Of a DNA stretch of 63,170 nucleotides, positions 9,181-18,147 are shown piece by piece. Numbering within the stretch: position 1 is the first letter of the stretch; each line of letters begins with the position of its first letter. The position numbers and the translations under genes are program-made. The notes under the pieces were generated by a model that was given only the letters and a program-made list of their open reading frames with translations, was not told where the DNA came from and did no database searches. The stretch is from a virus (Duplodnaviria > Caudoviricetes): positions 1 to 63,170 of IMG/VR virus record IMGVR_UViG_3300035701_000027, one strand, 5' to 3'.

Positions 9181-12072
9181 TTATTTCCAATCCGACTGAC
9201 GATGATAGCCCTGCACGGTATCCGAAGAAATTTCCACGGGCCCGTTGTCCCACTTATAATATTTGGTTATACTGCGCCCCCACGGATCTGTGAACGTAGC
9301 GGATCTTACGCCAAAATTCTCTCCCCCATGGGCATGCTTTGAATATTTGGCGGATTGGGTCACGGTAATCTTATAGGGAATTCCGCCCTGCGTCATTACA
9401 GCGCTCGTGTAAATCCCCGCCCATCCCGTATTTTTAAGATTCGAGTTAAATTGGGTCGAGGTAGGCATGGTTGATACGAGCTGTGTCAACTGCGGACTTC
9501 CGGCAGGAAGTTTCTTGGCGTAGGTGAAGTCGCCGCGAGCGGTCAGGCTCGTCGCAAAGTTTAGGGCGTTCGTGCTTCCCGCGTTTAAAAATGCCGTGAC
9601 GACATCGGGATCGCCCGTTCCGGTTCCCACGGTGCTCTTATAGGTTGCGAACACGGCTTCCCTGTCCGAACCCTTGCTCATTTCCGTGAGAATGGATTTG
9701 TACTGCGCATCCCCGAGCTTTGCCTTGTCAGCAACAAGGGTGTCCACGTCATAGGTTCGGTATTGCCCGTCGTTACCGAGAATGAAATAATTGCCTGCCT
9801 GATCTCGTCCGATGTTGCCTTCGGTTCCTGCGGCTACGAATGTTGTTTTCCCCTGCGCTCCAAGGGAATTCGGTACGACTTCTCCGTTGAACGTCATCTC
9901 GTCTCCGACTTTCATAGCGGTCGAAGTCACGGTCGGCATCCCGTTCGCCAGGGTGTCGTAGTCAACCTTGACGACTTCGCCCGTGGCGGATCCGAGATGG
10001 TACAACCCCTTGTCGTCCTTATAGACCTTTTGGCTCGACGCCGGATCGACAACTTCCTGGTCTCCGAATTTCACCACTCCGCCGGTTCCGGCGGATTCGG
10101 CGAGCGGGGCGGAGCTGATGCTCAACGTGCCGTCGGTATTGTGCGTGACCTTGTACGCCTTGTTGTCCTTGATGACAACATCAGGATTGTACGGAGACGC
10201 CGTGTAGTCGGACGGAATAGTAGTGCCGATGTTCTGCGACGTTACCGCCGCGCCGAAGAAGCGCGAGAGCACGGGGTTGTCGTAATCGATTTTGAAGGTC
10301 TTGGATCCGTCCGCCGCCGTGACCATCTCCACGCCGCCCTTGTAAACGATCTGCGGAATATAGGCGCGGAAAGCATCGATCCCCTTCTTACCTTCATATT
10401 CAAAGCTCGCAAGACTGTCAGGATCGCTCGGATCATTGTTCCCGCCAAACCAATTCGAGAGAATGTTCTCGTCGGAAAGGCTGTGGCTGTACTGCCACAC
10501 GGGATCGAGGGTATTCTTGACGCCCTCGAATTGCTTTGCCGCCCAATCCGCAGGCATCGGGCCCTGGCCGCCGCTGTTCTTCCACATACGCCCGAGATAA
10601 TCCTGCATCTTCGGATCGTCCATCGTGGTCGCGGGATTGATAGCAAGATCCTGGGAAATAGCGGATCTGGCGTCATTAAACTGTTTGTCCGTGTACGCCT
10701 GCTGGAAGGCGGTGGTATCGACATCGACGCCGTAGAGGGACTTGTAGATGTCTCGGTACTGATCGAAATTGCCGGTCTGGAGCGCCGTTGCGAGCGCGGT
10801 CGTCTTCTGCTGTACGTCGAAACTGCGCTCGGTCTGCCCCGCCGTAAGCAACTGGCCTGCGGCCGTCTGTGCCTGTTCCATCCCTGCTTTCGTGAGACCG
10901 ATTTCGGCCTCCGTGCGACCGAGTCTGGAATTCCGATCAAAAGATTCCATGGCTGCATCTGCGGCTGGGCCCGTAATGCCCTGCGCGTTCAGGCGCATCT
11001 GAAGCTCGGACTTTCCGGCGGCCGTGTTCATCCCGTGCTTCCGGAGCGTCTCGTTGATCATGTTGGCGAGAACGGGGTTTTTGCCTTCTGCGATGCTTCG
11101 CAGGAAATCCGTCCCGTATTCGATGTCGCGTTGGCCCGAAATAGGCAGAGGTGCGACAGCGGGCGGAGCAGGAGCGGGCGCGGGAACCGGAGCAGGCGCA
11201 GGACGAGGCCGAATTGAGGCGTTTTCCCTTTCCAGATCTCCAGACGTATAGGTCGAAACAACCCCCTCGTCTCCGGTATCGGGAGAAGATACGTCGTCTC
11301 CGGTCTGGCGCGCGAAGCCACTCAGGTGTGGTGTTCCGGTCCCGGTTGCGGGCCCAGAAATAGGAAGGGGGGCGCCAGGAGCATTTGCCCGCGATGTCAA
11401 ATCGCTCGAAATGGGCGCCACGTTTTTTGCAATATTTTTTCCGATATCAGCCAAGCCACCGAATTGAAAGCTCGGTCTGATATTGCTTCGAGGGATCGTA
11501 TTCTTTCCCTCGTCCGCCTGCGATACGATGGGAAGCAGGGGGCGAATTTGCTGCTGTCCGGCCTCCGCCGTTGCGATGCGTCTTTTGGCCTCTTCCATGA
11601 TGAGATTTTCAACCGCATCGGGGCCGCCAAGGACGCCGACCATGGGCGCATTGACGTAGTATTCGCCTTTATGATCCTCGAAGGTCTTAACGTCGTTTAC
11701 TTCGTCAGCGACGATTTCCTCGCCGTTATCGCCCGTGTATCCTCCGACTTCGTATCCCGGTTTCCGCCTGTGGCCGGCCTTGATGGATCCCTCGTACCCG
11801 AGAGAGCTCATGGCGATTGGAAACGCGGATTCTGCGGGGATGCCCCTCCCTTTCAATTTCTCGGCAAGACGCTTGAATTTCTCGGTATGAGGGCTTCCAC
11901 CCTTAGCCATGCCGAGAGGCTCGGGGGCCTGCGAGGGCGCCAGGGAGCTCGTATCGGGTACGGGGCTCATAATGGCCTGTCTGCGGCTACGCTGAAATTT
12001 GCTCTGCGGCCCCCCCTTGAGGGCGTCCGGAAGAAGCTCGAGCCACAGGGGTTGGGATGATGTGTTCTGCAT
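9181..12072 (-). CDS. Putative internal virion/ejection protein, 963 aa
   Basis: N-terminal xxxGG motifs and a YEVGGYTG..HKGEYYV module; Gln/Ala-rich helical middle region; synteny. Confidence 0.55.
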   Translation of the reverse strand: MQNTSSQPLWLELLPDALKGGPQSKFQRSRRQAIMSPVPDTSSLAPSQAPEPLGMAKGGSPHTEKFKRLAEKLKGRGIPAESAFPIAMSSLGYEGSIKAGHRRKPGYEVGGYTGDNGEEIVADEVNDVKTFEDHKGEYYVNAPMVGVLGGPDAVENLIMEEAKRRIATAEAGQQQIRPLLPIVSQADEGKNTIPRSNIRPSFQFGGLADIGKNIAKNVAPISSDLTSRANAPGAPLPISGPATGTGTPHLSGFARQTGDDVSSPDTGDEGVVSTYTSGDLERENASIRPRPAPAPVPAPAPAPPAVAPLPISGQRDIEYGTDFLRSIAEGKNPVLANMINETLRKHGMNTAAGKSELQMRLNAQGITGPAADAAMESFDRNSRLGRTEAEIGLTKAGMEQAQTAAGQLLTAGQTERSFDVQQKTTALATALQTGNFDQYRDIYKSLYGVDVDTTAFQQAYTDKQFNDARSAISQDLAINPATTMDDPKMQDYLGRMWKNSGGQGPMPADWAAKQFEGVKNTLDPVWQYSHSLSDENILSNWFGGNNDPSDPDSLASFEYEGKKGIDAFRAYIPQIVYKGGVEMVTAADGSKTFKIDYDNPVLSRFFGAAVTSQNIGTTIPSDYTASPYNPDVVIKDNKAYKVTHNTDGTLSISSAPLAESAGTGGVVKFGDQEVVDPASSQKVYKDDKGLYHLGSATGEVVKVDYDTLANGMPTVTSTAMKVGDEMTFNGEVVPNSLGAQGKTTFVAAGTEGNIGRDQAGNYFILGNDGQYRTYDVDTLVADKAKLGDAQYKSILTEMSKGSDREAVFATYKSTVGTGTGDPDVVTAFLNAGSTNALNFATSLTARGDFTYAKKLPAGSPQLTQLVSTMPTSTQFNSNLKNTGWAGIYTSAVMTQGGIPYKITVTQSAKYSKHAHGGENFGVRSATFTDPWGRSITKYYKWDNGPVEISSDTVQGYHRQSDWK

Positions 12073-12079
12073 ATTGCCC

Positions 12080-12265
12080 TCACTTCAATTGCGCGTTAAG
12101 GCGCGCACGAATATCATTAAGAGTTTTCCAGATAATTTGAAAATTCTGATCGACGATCAGCATGGCCCTGTTGGTATCAAACAACTCCGTATTTTTGTTT
12201 ATCTGTGGCATACTGATTAATTTGCTTTGCAATCCCGCCGATTGATAACTATCCGCCATTTTCAT
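12080..12265 (-). CDS. Small hypothetical virion protein
   Basis: Tightly packed in the operon; overlaps the upstream stop. Confidence 0.5.
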   Translation of the reverse strand: MKMADSYQSAGLQSKLISMPQINKNTELFDTNRAMLIVDQNFQIIWKTLNDIRARLNAQLK

Positions 12266-12735
12266 CTCCTTGGCATGAAGGCATCGCCATTGTTCTCCGT
12301 CAAATCGTCGATGTAGTAGTCTGTGGCTTCCTTCGTCACGTTTTTGTTTATCACCCGAAGATCAAATAAATGTCCATCCCGCCCGTCCATGATAGTCACC
12401 TGTCCGCCATAATTCCTATGAACGATCGGGATCGGCGAGAGCTCCGTCTTGTCGCATTGGATGATGAGGTTGGAGCCCACACGCTTTATTTTTATAATGG
12501 CCCAGCCGATTCCCGCCGCCTGCTCCGCAGAGAAAGGGAGCTGTTGGCGTATGTCATTGATGCCATCCTGGAAGACAAGGAACGCTTCATCACCAACGAT
12601 CTCGATGTTGATAAGCAGATCGCCGACATCAAATTTGATGATGGCAGACCCCGTGGGAACGGGGGCGAAGGATCCCCATCCCTGGGTAACGACAAGGGGG
12701 CCAGCGAGGCCCCCCGTGACGATAAAATTCGACAC
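12262..12735 (-). CDS. Virion protein resembling the C-terminal half of a LamG/ConA-like domain
   Basis: GWAIIKIKRVGSNLIIQCD...GHLFDLRVINK pattern; SD GAGG before GTG. Confidence 0.45.
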   Translation of the reverse strand: MSNFIVTGGLAGPLVVTQGWGSFAPVPTGSAIIKFDVGDLLINIEIVGDEAFLVFQDGINDIRQQLPFSAEQAAGIGWAIIKIKRVGSNLIIQCDKTELSPIPIVHRNYGGQVTIMDGRDGHLFDLRVINKNVTKEATDYYIDDLTENNGDAFMPRR

Positions 12736-12747
12736 GAAGAACCTCGC

Positions 12748-15700
12748 TTAAATCAGGTTTTTTCCGCGAATCGACGGCGTTCCGGTTCCGGCCAGATCGT
12801 CGATGGCGCCGCCGCCAAATTTTTCCACCTTGAATTTCGCAATCTTGTCGGTGCTGTTGTCGTCATATACGACCAAGTACCAATCTGGCGTATCGAAGAC
12901 AAATTCCATCCTGTTGTGCGACATCTTCTGTAAGAATGTTACGTTGTCAGCCGTCGCCTGTACCGTGACCTCTTTCGCTACCGTGGCGTTCTTCGCGCCT
13001 GCCGCGAATCCTGCGACAACTGTGACCTCCTTCGCGCCTGCCGCGAATCCTGCGTCCATTTCCGCCTTGGTCGGGCCGTCATAATCGGCAAGCGCCAAAT
13101 CGACCTGTGTGTTGACTTCCGCCGGTGAAATATCATTGAGGGCGGCAATGTTTGTTATTACCGTATCGACCTTCCCCTCAACGATCGCCGTTCCTCCGAT
13201 TGTTGCGAGGCCGGCCTGAATCTCATTAACGGCGTCAGTAGCCAAGGCGGCCGCCGTCAGAACATCATCATTCATGCCTTCCACTTGTGCGGAAATTCTA
13301 TCAGAATCGGTATTGATGGCATCGGACAAAGATTGGGCCTTGTCACCAATTTCTTTAATTTCCTCGACATCGGCTTTAATATTTCCAGCCTCCGTCAAGG
13401 TTATTGGTAAACGATTTAAAATATCTTCGGTGTCGGCCTTAATCCCATCAAGCCTGGGAGCGAGAACAGCGTCAATCGAAGACAGGGCCCCTGCGGTGAT
13501 GGCATTGACCGTCACGCTTGAGACTGTCGCATCCCAGGCGCCGGCTCCATGAACAGCCGAGAGATAAGAATCAATGGAGGCCAGCGAGTCAATACTGATT
13601 GAATCAACGGATACTCCGCTAATCAATAGGTTTAATTTTGTTAGAACATCATCAATGCGGGCAAGGTAGGCGAAGGCTGAATCATATACTGGATATTCCG
13701 CTATTAACGTATTGAGCGCGTTCCATGCTTGCGTTTTTATCGAAGCCTGTGCGTCAGCTTTTATTACTCCTACCGTGACGCCATTAAGTAGAGTATCAAT
13801 ATCTGAAGCCGCCGCGCTCAAAGTAGCCTCTTTTGCCACTGTCGCGTCAAGAGCCATATCAGCAAGAACAGAAGCAATAGACGCTTGCAATTCTACGACA
13901 TCAGCACCTATCGTTGCGAGACCGTCAAAGTTAAGCAACTGCGCCGCGTTGAAATCTCCAGTGCTTTCATCCTGCTGGATATCTCCATCAGAATTGTTAG
14001 TACCTACGCGATAAGTTTTTGAACCGGGAATATCTTTAAGGACAACCGTCGCCCCCGCCGATTCGTCAATCAATTCTCCATCAAGACCATAAATAGTAAT
14101 AGTCCCGGCGGTGCAAGAAGAATCAATTGTAATTTTTCCGGTAAAACCATTTATTACGATATTTCCAGTTGCTCCCAAGCTACCTAAGATAATCGTCCCT
14201 TGGCATTTACTCAAAAATACGACACCATCAAGAACGGATAGGCCAAAAATTGAGGTATTGAAAAAACAATTTTTAAAAATATTGTTGCTTCCGCTACCCG
14301 CCGCGAAACCTATTAATTGCGCCCCGGCACCTCCCGCCCAATGGCAAGAATCGGCGACAATACCAGACAAATTTGAAATATTGTTGTTTTGGAATCTACA
14401 AAATTTAAAAGCAACCCCCCCAATAGAACCCGATGAATATTCAATTCCAATTCTTTCAAATTGGCAGTAAGAAACATTGGCCGCTATACCAAGCGGATTT
14501 ACGTGGATGCCTCTCCCGAGAACATTCATATTTGTAAGAGCAACAGAAAGAGTTATTCCCGTTGACCTGACGGACAACTTGTAGAGTTTATTGTTATTCG
14601 CTATCGCGATGGCGTCCGCCATGTTGGAGGATGGCTTTTTTGCCGTTCCTATCGGAAAAGTCGTTCCGGCAAATCCACCACTATTATCAACATAAACTGT
14701 CCCGTCCTCAAAGGAGCCGACCTTGTTATATCCAGTTCCATCGTAATCGTCTTCAAAATTTCCAACTGGAATAGTTGTTCCGTTAATTCTCAATACGTCA
14801 GACTTCATCAAGTTAATTGTTTCGTCAATTGCCGCTGACAGGGCCGTGACCTTTGCGGAATTAGCATTGATAGAAACAAGATTGGCATCAAGGATAGGAA
14901 TTGACTCTACGTTCACTTCTTCAACGCTCGCCTTGACATTCCCGCCTTCTGTAAAGTCGAGTTGGTCTGTTATTGCTTCTATGTTGTCAAGGTGATCGTC
15001 AACAGAACCACTGGTAGGAACTCCGCCAGAAGGAGCAAGTTTCATTGCATCCCTGACTTGCTGTGCGGTCAATCCGCTACTTTCGGCATCGGCAATTGCT
15101 TCCAATGAATCAGTGGACTTGGCAAAGGTCTGCGAACCGTTCTTGTTCATTATCTTGTCAATATTGGAATCAATGGCGGGAGTCGGAGCCGTCCCTACTT
15201 TGCTTATATGATCAAGGTCGATGTCTGAAAGAGCCGTATCGACTTGCGTTTTCACTTGTGCGGCAGACAGATTATTAAGGGCTGCCACTGTGGCCTCTTT
15301 TGCCCCGGCTGTGAAGCCCGCATCAACGACGGTTTTCAGATTGGAATTTCCGTATGTTCCGTTGTTGACGATTGCGTAAGCATCCCCGGTCTGCTTCGTG
15401 TTCCCTGTATAGGTGTCGATTGTTCCGACAACCCAATCCTTTATTTTCGCGCCGATAGATAACGCCGTTCTCGCAACGGATAGCAATTCATCCCATATTG
15501 CAGACGCAAGATTTGTCTTAAGAGTGGCGTTCAGGGAAGCCGTAGAAGCCCAGACCTTATCCGCCGCCGCCTGTGCGAATTCGCTTGAACCTATCGCATC
15601 GGCGGCAATCTTCGCCGCAGTAATGGCATCATCCGCGATGGCTCCGACTGCGATTGTGGCCGCAATGGTTTGTCCCGCTGTCAGATCAACGGTCTGGTTC

Positions 15701-16377
15701 ACCTTCGTTCCATTTGTTGTCGGTAAACCGCCATTCGCCCCCGCAACCGCATCGGGCAAACTATTAATCGTTCCGGTGGGAGTCGCCTTATCAAAGAATT
15801 TTGTAAATGCCGCCGAAATCTGTGCGGCTGTTCCGGTAATGACAGAGGCCAAAATCTGTACGAGGTTTGATTTGACGACACCGGAAGTAAAATCAAGCTG
15901 TCCTGCTCCAGAACCGGAAGAAAGAAGAACGCTCGCGCCTATGTCTCTGGCCGTTTGTGCTGTTCCTCCTATCTGAATGACGTTGACGGCAATGTTCTCA
16001 CACTGTAATTCAAAATCAGCCTGTGCGAGTCCCGTTACTCCACTGATGGAAATGACAAGCGCCGTTGACGTAAAGCGTGCGTCCGCGAATTGCAGTTCAT
16101 AAATGCCGGGATGATTCGTTGCGTCAACCTCCTTGAAACGGCATTTGTTAGCAGAGGGAGCGGCATAGGTTCCGAGAGTGGCAATGGTTTCCACATTTGA
16201 ACCGGCCACAGTATAAACCGTTGCGCTTGCCTCATTCAATCGAATTGTGGAAATAATAAGTCCCGTTGAAGCGTTGGTCAGCCCCGTTTTTCCTGCGCCT
16301 GTCGTCACCGTAGAGTCCATGAGTTTGACTCGTAGGACGACACTTGTAGGACTTGCGCCCCTGATTAATTTTGCCAT
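12748..16377 (-). CDS. Long tail fibre/appendage-like protein, 1209 aa
   Basis: Ala/Thr/Asp-rich internal repeats (AALNNLSAAQVKTQVD / AALNDISPAEVNTQVD; AGFxAGAKExTV); central beta-helix-like Asn/Gly/Cys segment. Confidence 0.6.
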   Translation of the reverse strand: MAKLIRGASPTSVVLRVKLMDSTVTTGAGKTGLTNASTGLIISTIRLNEASATVYTVAGSNVETIATLGTYAAPSANKCRFKEVDATNHPGIYELQFADARFTSTALVISISGVTGLAQADFELQCENIAVNVIQIGGTAQTARDIGASVLLSSGSGAGQLDFTSGVVKSNLVQILASVITGTAAQISAAFTKFFDKATPTGTINSLPDAVAGANGGLPTTNGTKVNQTVDLTAGQTIAATIAVGAIADDAITAAKIAADAIGSSEFAQAAADKVWASTASLNATLKTNLASAIWDELLSVARTALSIGAKIKDWVVGTIDTYTGNTKQTGDAYAIVNNGTYGNSNLKTVVDAGFTAGAKEATVAALNNLSAAQVKTQVDTALSDIDLDHISKVGTAPTPAIDSNIDKIMNKNGSQTFAKSTDSLEAIADAESSGLTAQQVRDAMKLAPSGGVPTSGSVDDHLDNIEAITDQLDFTEGGNVKASVEEVNVESIPILDANLVSINANSAKVTALSAAIDETINLMKSDVLRINGTTIPVGNFEDDYDGTGYNKVGSFEDGTVYVDNSGGFAGTTFPIGTAKKPSSNMADAIAIANNNKLYKLSVRSTGITLSVALTNMNVLGRGIHVNPLGIAANVSYCQFERIGIEYSSGSIGGVAFKFCRFQNNNISNLSGIVADSCHWAGGAGAQLIGFAAGSGSNNIFKNCFFNTSIFGLSVLDGVVFLSKCQGTIILGSLGATGNIVINGFTGKITIDSSCTAGTITIYGLDGELIDESAGATVVLKDIPGSKTYRVGTNNSDGDIQQDESTGDFNAAQLLNFDGLATIGADVVELQASIASVLADMALDATVAKEATLSAAASDIDTLLNGVTVGVIKADAQASIKTQAWNALNTLIAEYPVYDSAFAYLARIDDVLTKLNLLISGVSVDSISIDSLASIDSYLSAVHGAGAWDATVSSVTVNAITAGALSSIDAVLAPRLDGIKADTEDILNRLPITLTEAGNIKADVEEIKEIGDKAQSLSDAINTDSDRISAQVEGMNDDVLTAAALATDAVNEIQAGLATIGGTAIVEGKVDTVITNIAALNDISPAEVNTQVDLALADYDGPTKAEMDAGFAAGAKEVTVVAGFAAGAKNATVAKEVTVQATADNVTFLQKMSHNRMEFVFDTPDWYLVVYDDNSTDKIAKFKVEKFGGGAIDDLAGTGTPSIRGKNLI

Positions 16378-16386
16378 TTGTATCTC

Positions 16387-17379
16387 CTATGCGTTTGAAT
16401 ACATCGTATTGTATGCCATCTGATTTTTCATCTGTAGCAATGGCCAATTCCCCGCCGCCGCAACATATTCGCTCGCTCCAATGTCCCAGGCGGCTCCTTG
16501 CGGCCTTGACGTTCCAATAATGTCTGTTGAAAAGCCCAAGGCCGATAAATCAGTACCCGCATTGATGGCATCGGCTCCGGCCTTTAACTGTAAATCTTCC
16601 GCACCGCTTGTCAGGGAAACAAATTGATTGGAAGATGTTTTATTTATCAGGGAATGTGCTCCAGGTGCTGTCGCATCGGAGGACATATTATAGTCACTGC
16701 CAGCATACGTCCCCGAAAAGCAAGTGGTACATCCCATTACGATATTATTGTTATGATAAGAAGCGTTTGTGCCGCCCAGAGCGATTCCGGTCGTACAATT
16801 GTAAACCGTATTGTTGTTTATATATAGTCTGTAAATGTTTAATCCGGTGGCGAACTTGTAAGAACCTTCCCCATAAACAATATTATTGTAAAATTGGTTG
16901 TCGTTTGTTACGTTGCTCGCCCACCAATCTACTGCTTTCCCGGTATTGCTCCCCGCTGTCCGTATAAGAATATTATCAAAAACTCTTCTTCCATATCCAC
17001 CAGAAGCAACCGAAAATATATTTAAATCGGATGTTGACGCTTGGTCAAATATCAATCCACTCACTCGCGTGTAATCATCATCCGGCCAAATCATTTCAAC
17101 GGATGTCGTCTTTATGCAAGCTCCGGTATAAACTCCTGCGACTTTTGCCTTGCCTATATGCTTTGCGGCGCTGTTGGCGCGAAGCCAAATATACCGAGTA
17201 GCATCTACGGTATGTCCCGAAATATCTATCGTTGCCGTGATTGTATAAGTCTCGTTATACAATTCCCCAATATGCCTTTGGTTTGCAGAAACCAAATCGG
17301 CGGGAATGGACGCTAACCATGCCGCGATAGTGGTATAATCGCCGCCGGAAGCCTTAATTGATTTTATGACATCGGCCAT
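16387..17379 (-). CDS. Right-handed beta-helix (pectin-lyase-like) spike/receptor-binding protein
   Basis: SGGDYTTIAAW start; Asn ladders (YNNIVYG, NNNTVYNC, NNNIVMGC); C-terminal DIIGTSRPQGAAWDIGASEY. Confidence 0.7.
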   Translation of the reverse strand: MADVIKSIKASGGDYTTIAAWLASIPADLVSANQRHIGELYNETYTITATIDISGHTVDATRYIWLRANSAAKHIGKAKVAGVYTGACIKTTSVEMIWPDDDYTRVSGLIFDQASTSDLNIFSVASGGYGRRVFDNILIRTAGSNTGKAVDWWASNVTNDNQFYNNIVYGEGSYKFATGLNIYRLYINNNTVYNCTTGIALGGTNASYHNNNIVMGCTTCFSGTYAGSDYNMSSDATAPGAHSLINKTSSNQFVSLTSGAEDLQLKAGADAINAGTDLSALGFSTDIIGTSRPQGAAWDIGASEYVAAAGNWPLLQMKNQMAYNTMYSNA

Positions 17380-17730
17380 TTATTCAACCACCATTATATT
17401 ATCTAAAAATTCATCGTTTGACAATATTAAAATCCCATCATTATCAATCGCCGAATCAACTATGCTCTCTGGAAAAGTGTAGTCCCTGCAATGGGTTTTT
17501 ATCAGGCGTCCCGTTGTTTCATCAGTCCCTTGAAATCTTGGCATGATATATTCAGTGCCTATTTCAACGCCCGGTACCTTTACGACAACGAAAAGAGGCA
17601 GACCTTCATCAGCACCCCAAGTAAAATTGTCTGGCACTATAACTACGGGATATCCTTTTTTAAAACAGGATACCTTGTCAATGTCGGGATCGGAATGGGA
17701 ATCATTAACTGCCTTGACGAGAATTTCCAT
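17380..17730 (-). CDS. Hypothetical protein, partner of the beta-helix gene
   Basis: Abuts both neighbours; acidic 116-aa ORF. Confidence 0.6.
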   Translation of the reverse strand: MEILVKAVNDSHSDPDIDKVSCFKKGYPVVIVPDNFTWGADEGLPLFVVVKVPGVEIGTEYIMPRFQGTDETTGRLIKTHCRDYTFPESIVDSAIDNDGILILSNDEFLDNIMVVE

Positions 17731-17942
17731 TATTGCAGGTTCCTCATAATGGTTCCGATATTGTTAATGTCTTTTTCCATATTTTCCCGACGTTCCTTGC
17801 AGAGCGGCTCAGAAACCATACCTTTCAGCATTTCTTTCATATCACAGATCTCGTTCTTTAGCCCATTCACAAGAAGACCAACAAGACCGACGAGACCGCA
17901 TCCGACGAGAAAGGCGACAAGATCAAAAACGTATTTCTCCAT
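17730..17942 (-). CDS. Small membrane protein (1 TM + coiled coil), holin-like
   Basis: Hydrophobic LVAFLVGCGLVGLVGLLV followed by a charged helix; SD GGGAG. Confidence 0.5.
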   Translation of the reverse strand: MEKYVFDLVAFLVGCGLVGLVGLLVNGLKNEICDMKEMLKGMVSEPLCKERRENMEKDINNIGTIMRNLQ

Positions 17943-17943
17943 G

Positions 17944-18147
17944 TTACTCCCTGAATCCGAACTGGATTGTGAAGTCCCCGTCCAACTCCCCGTGAAGCAT
18001 GAGGCCCAAATTTTTCAGAGCGTCGAAGGACAGGGCGGAATCCGCCTGACCGTCGGGCCCCGTCGTCCTTCCCGCGTAGCCCCCCGTGGCGACCTCACCA
18101 GTATCACGGTTCAGCTTCGGCTTCCTTCCCCTTGATAGCCAGATCAT
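17944..18147 (-). CDS. Short protein resembling the N-terminal part of a LamG/ConA-like domain
   Basis: GPDGQADSALSFD...GDFTIQF pattern; ATGA-coupled to the nozzle gene. Confidence 0.45.
   Translation of the reverse strand: MIWLSRGRKPKLNRDTGEVATGGYAGRTTGPDGQADSALSFDALKNLGLMLHGELDGDFTIQFGFRE

Noticed and set aside
9181-12072. Tape measure protein (siphovirus/myovirus)
   Set aside because: Only the short GG/GEY module is similar. No tail tube, sheath or chaperone genes were seen, and the synteny is podovirus-like.
12748-17379. Diversity-generating retroelement target
   Set aside because: No reverse transcriptase and no TR/VR pair with adenine-specific mismatches was seen.
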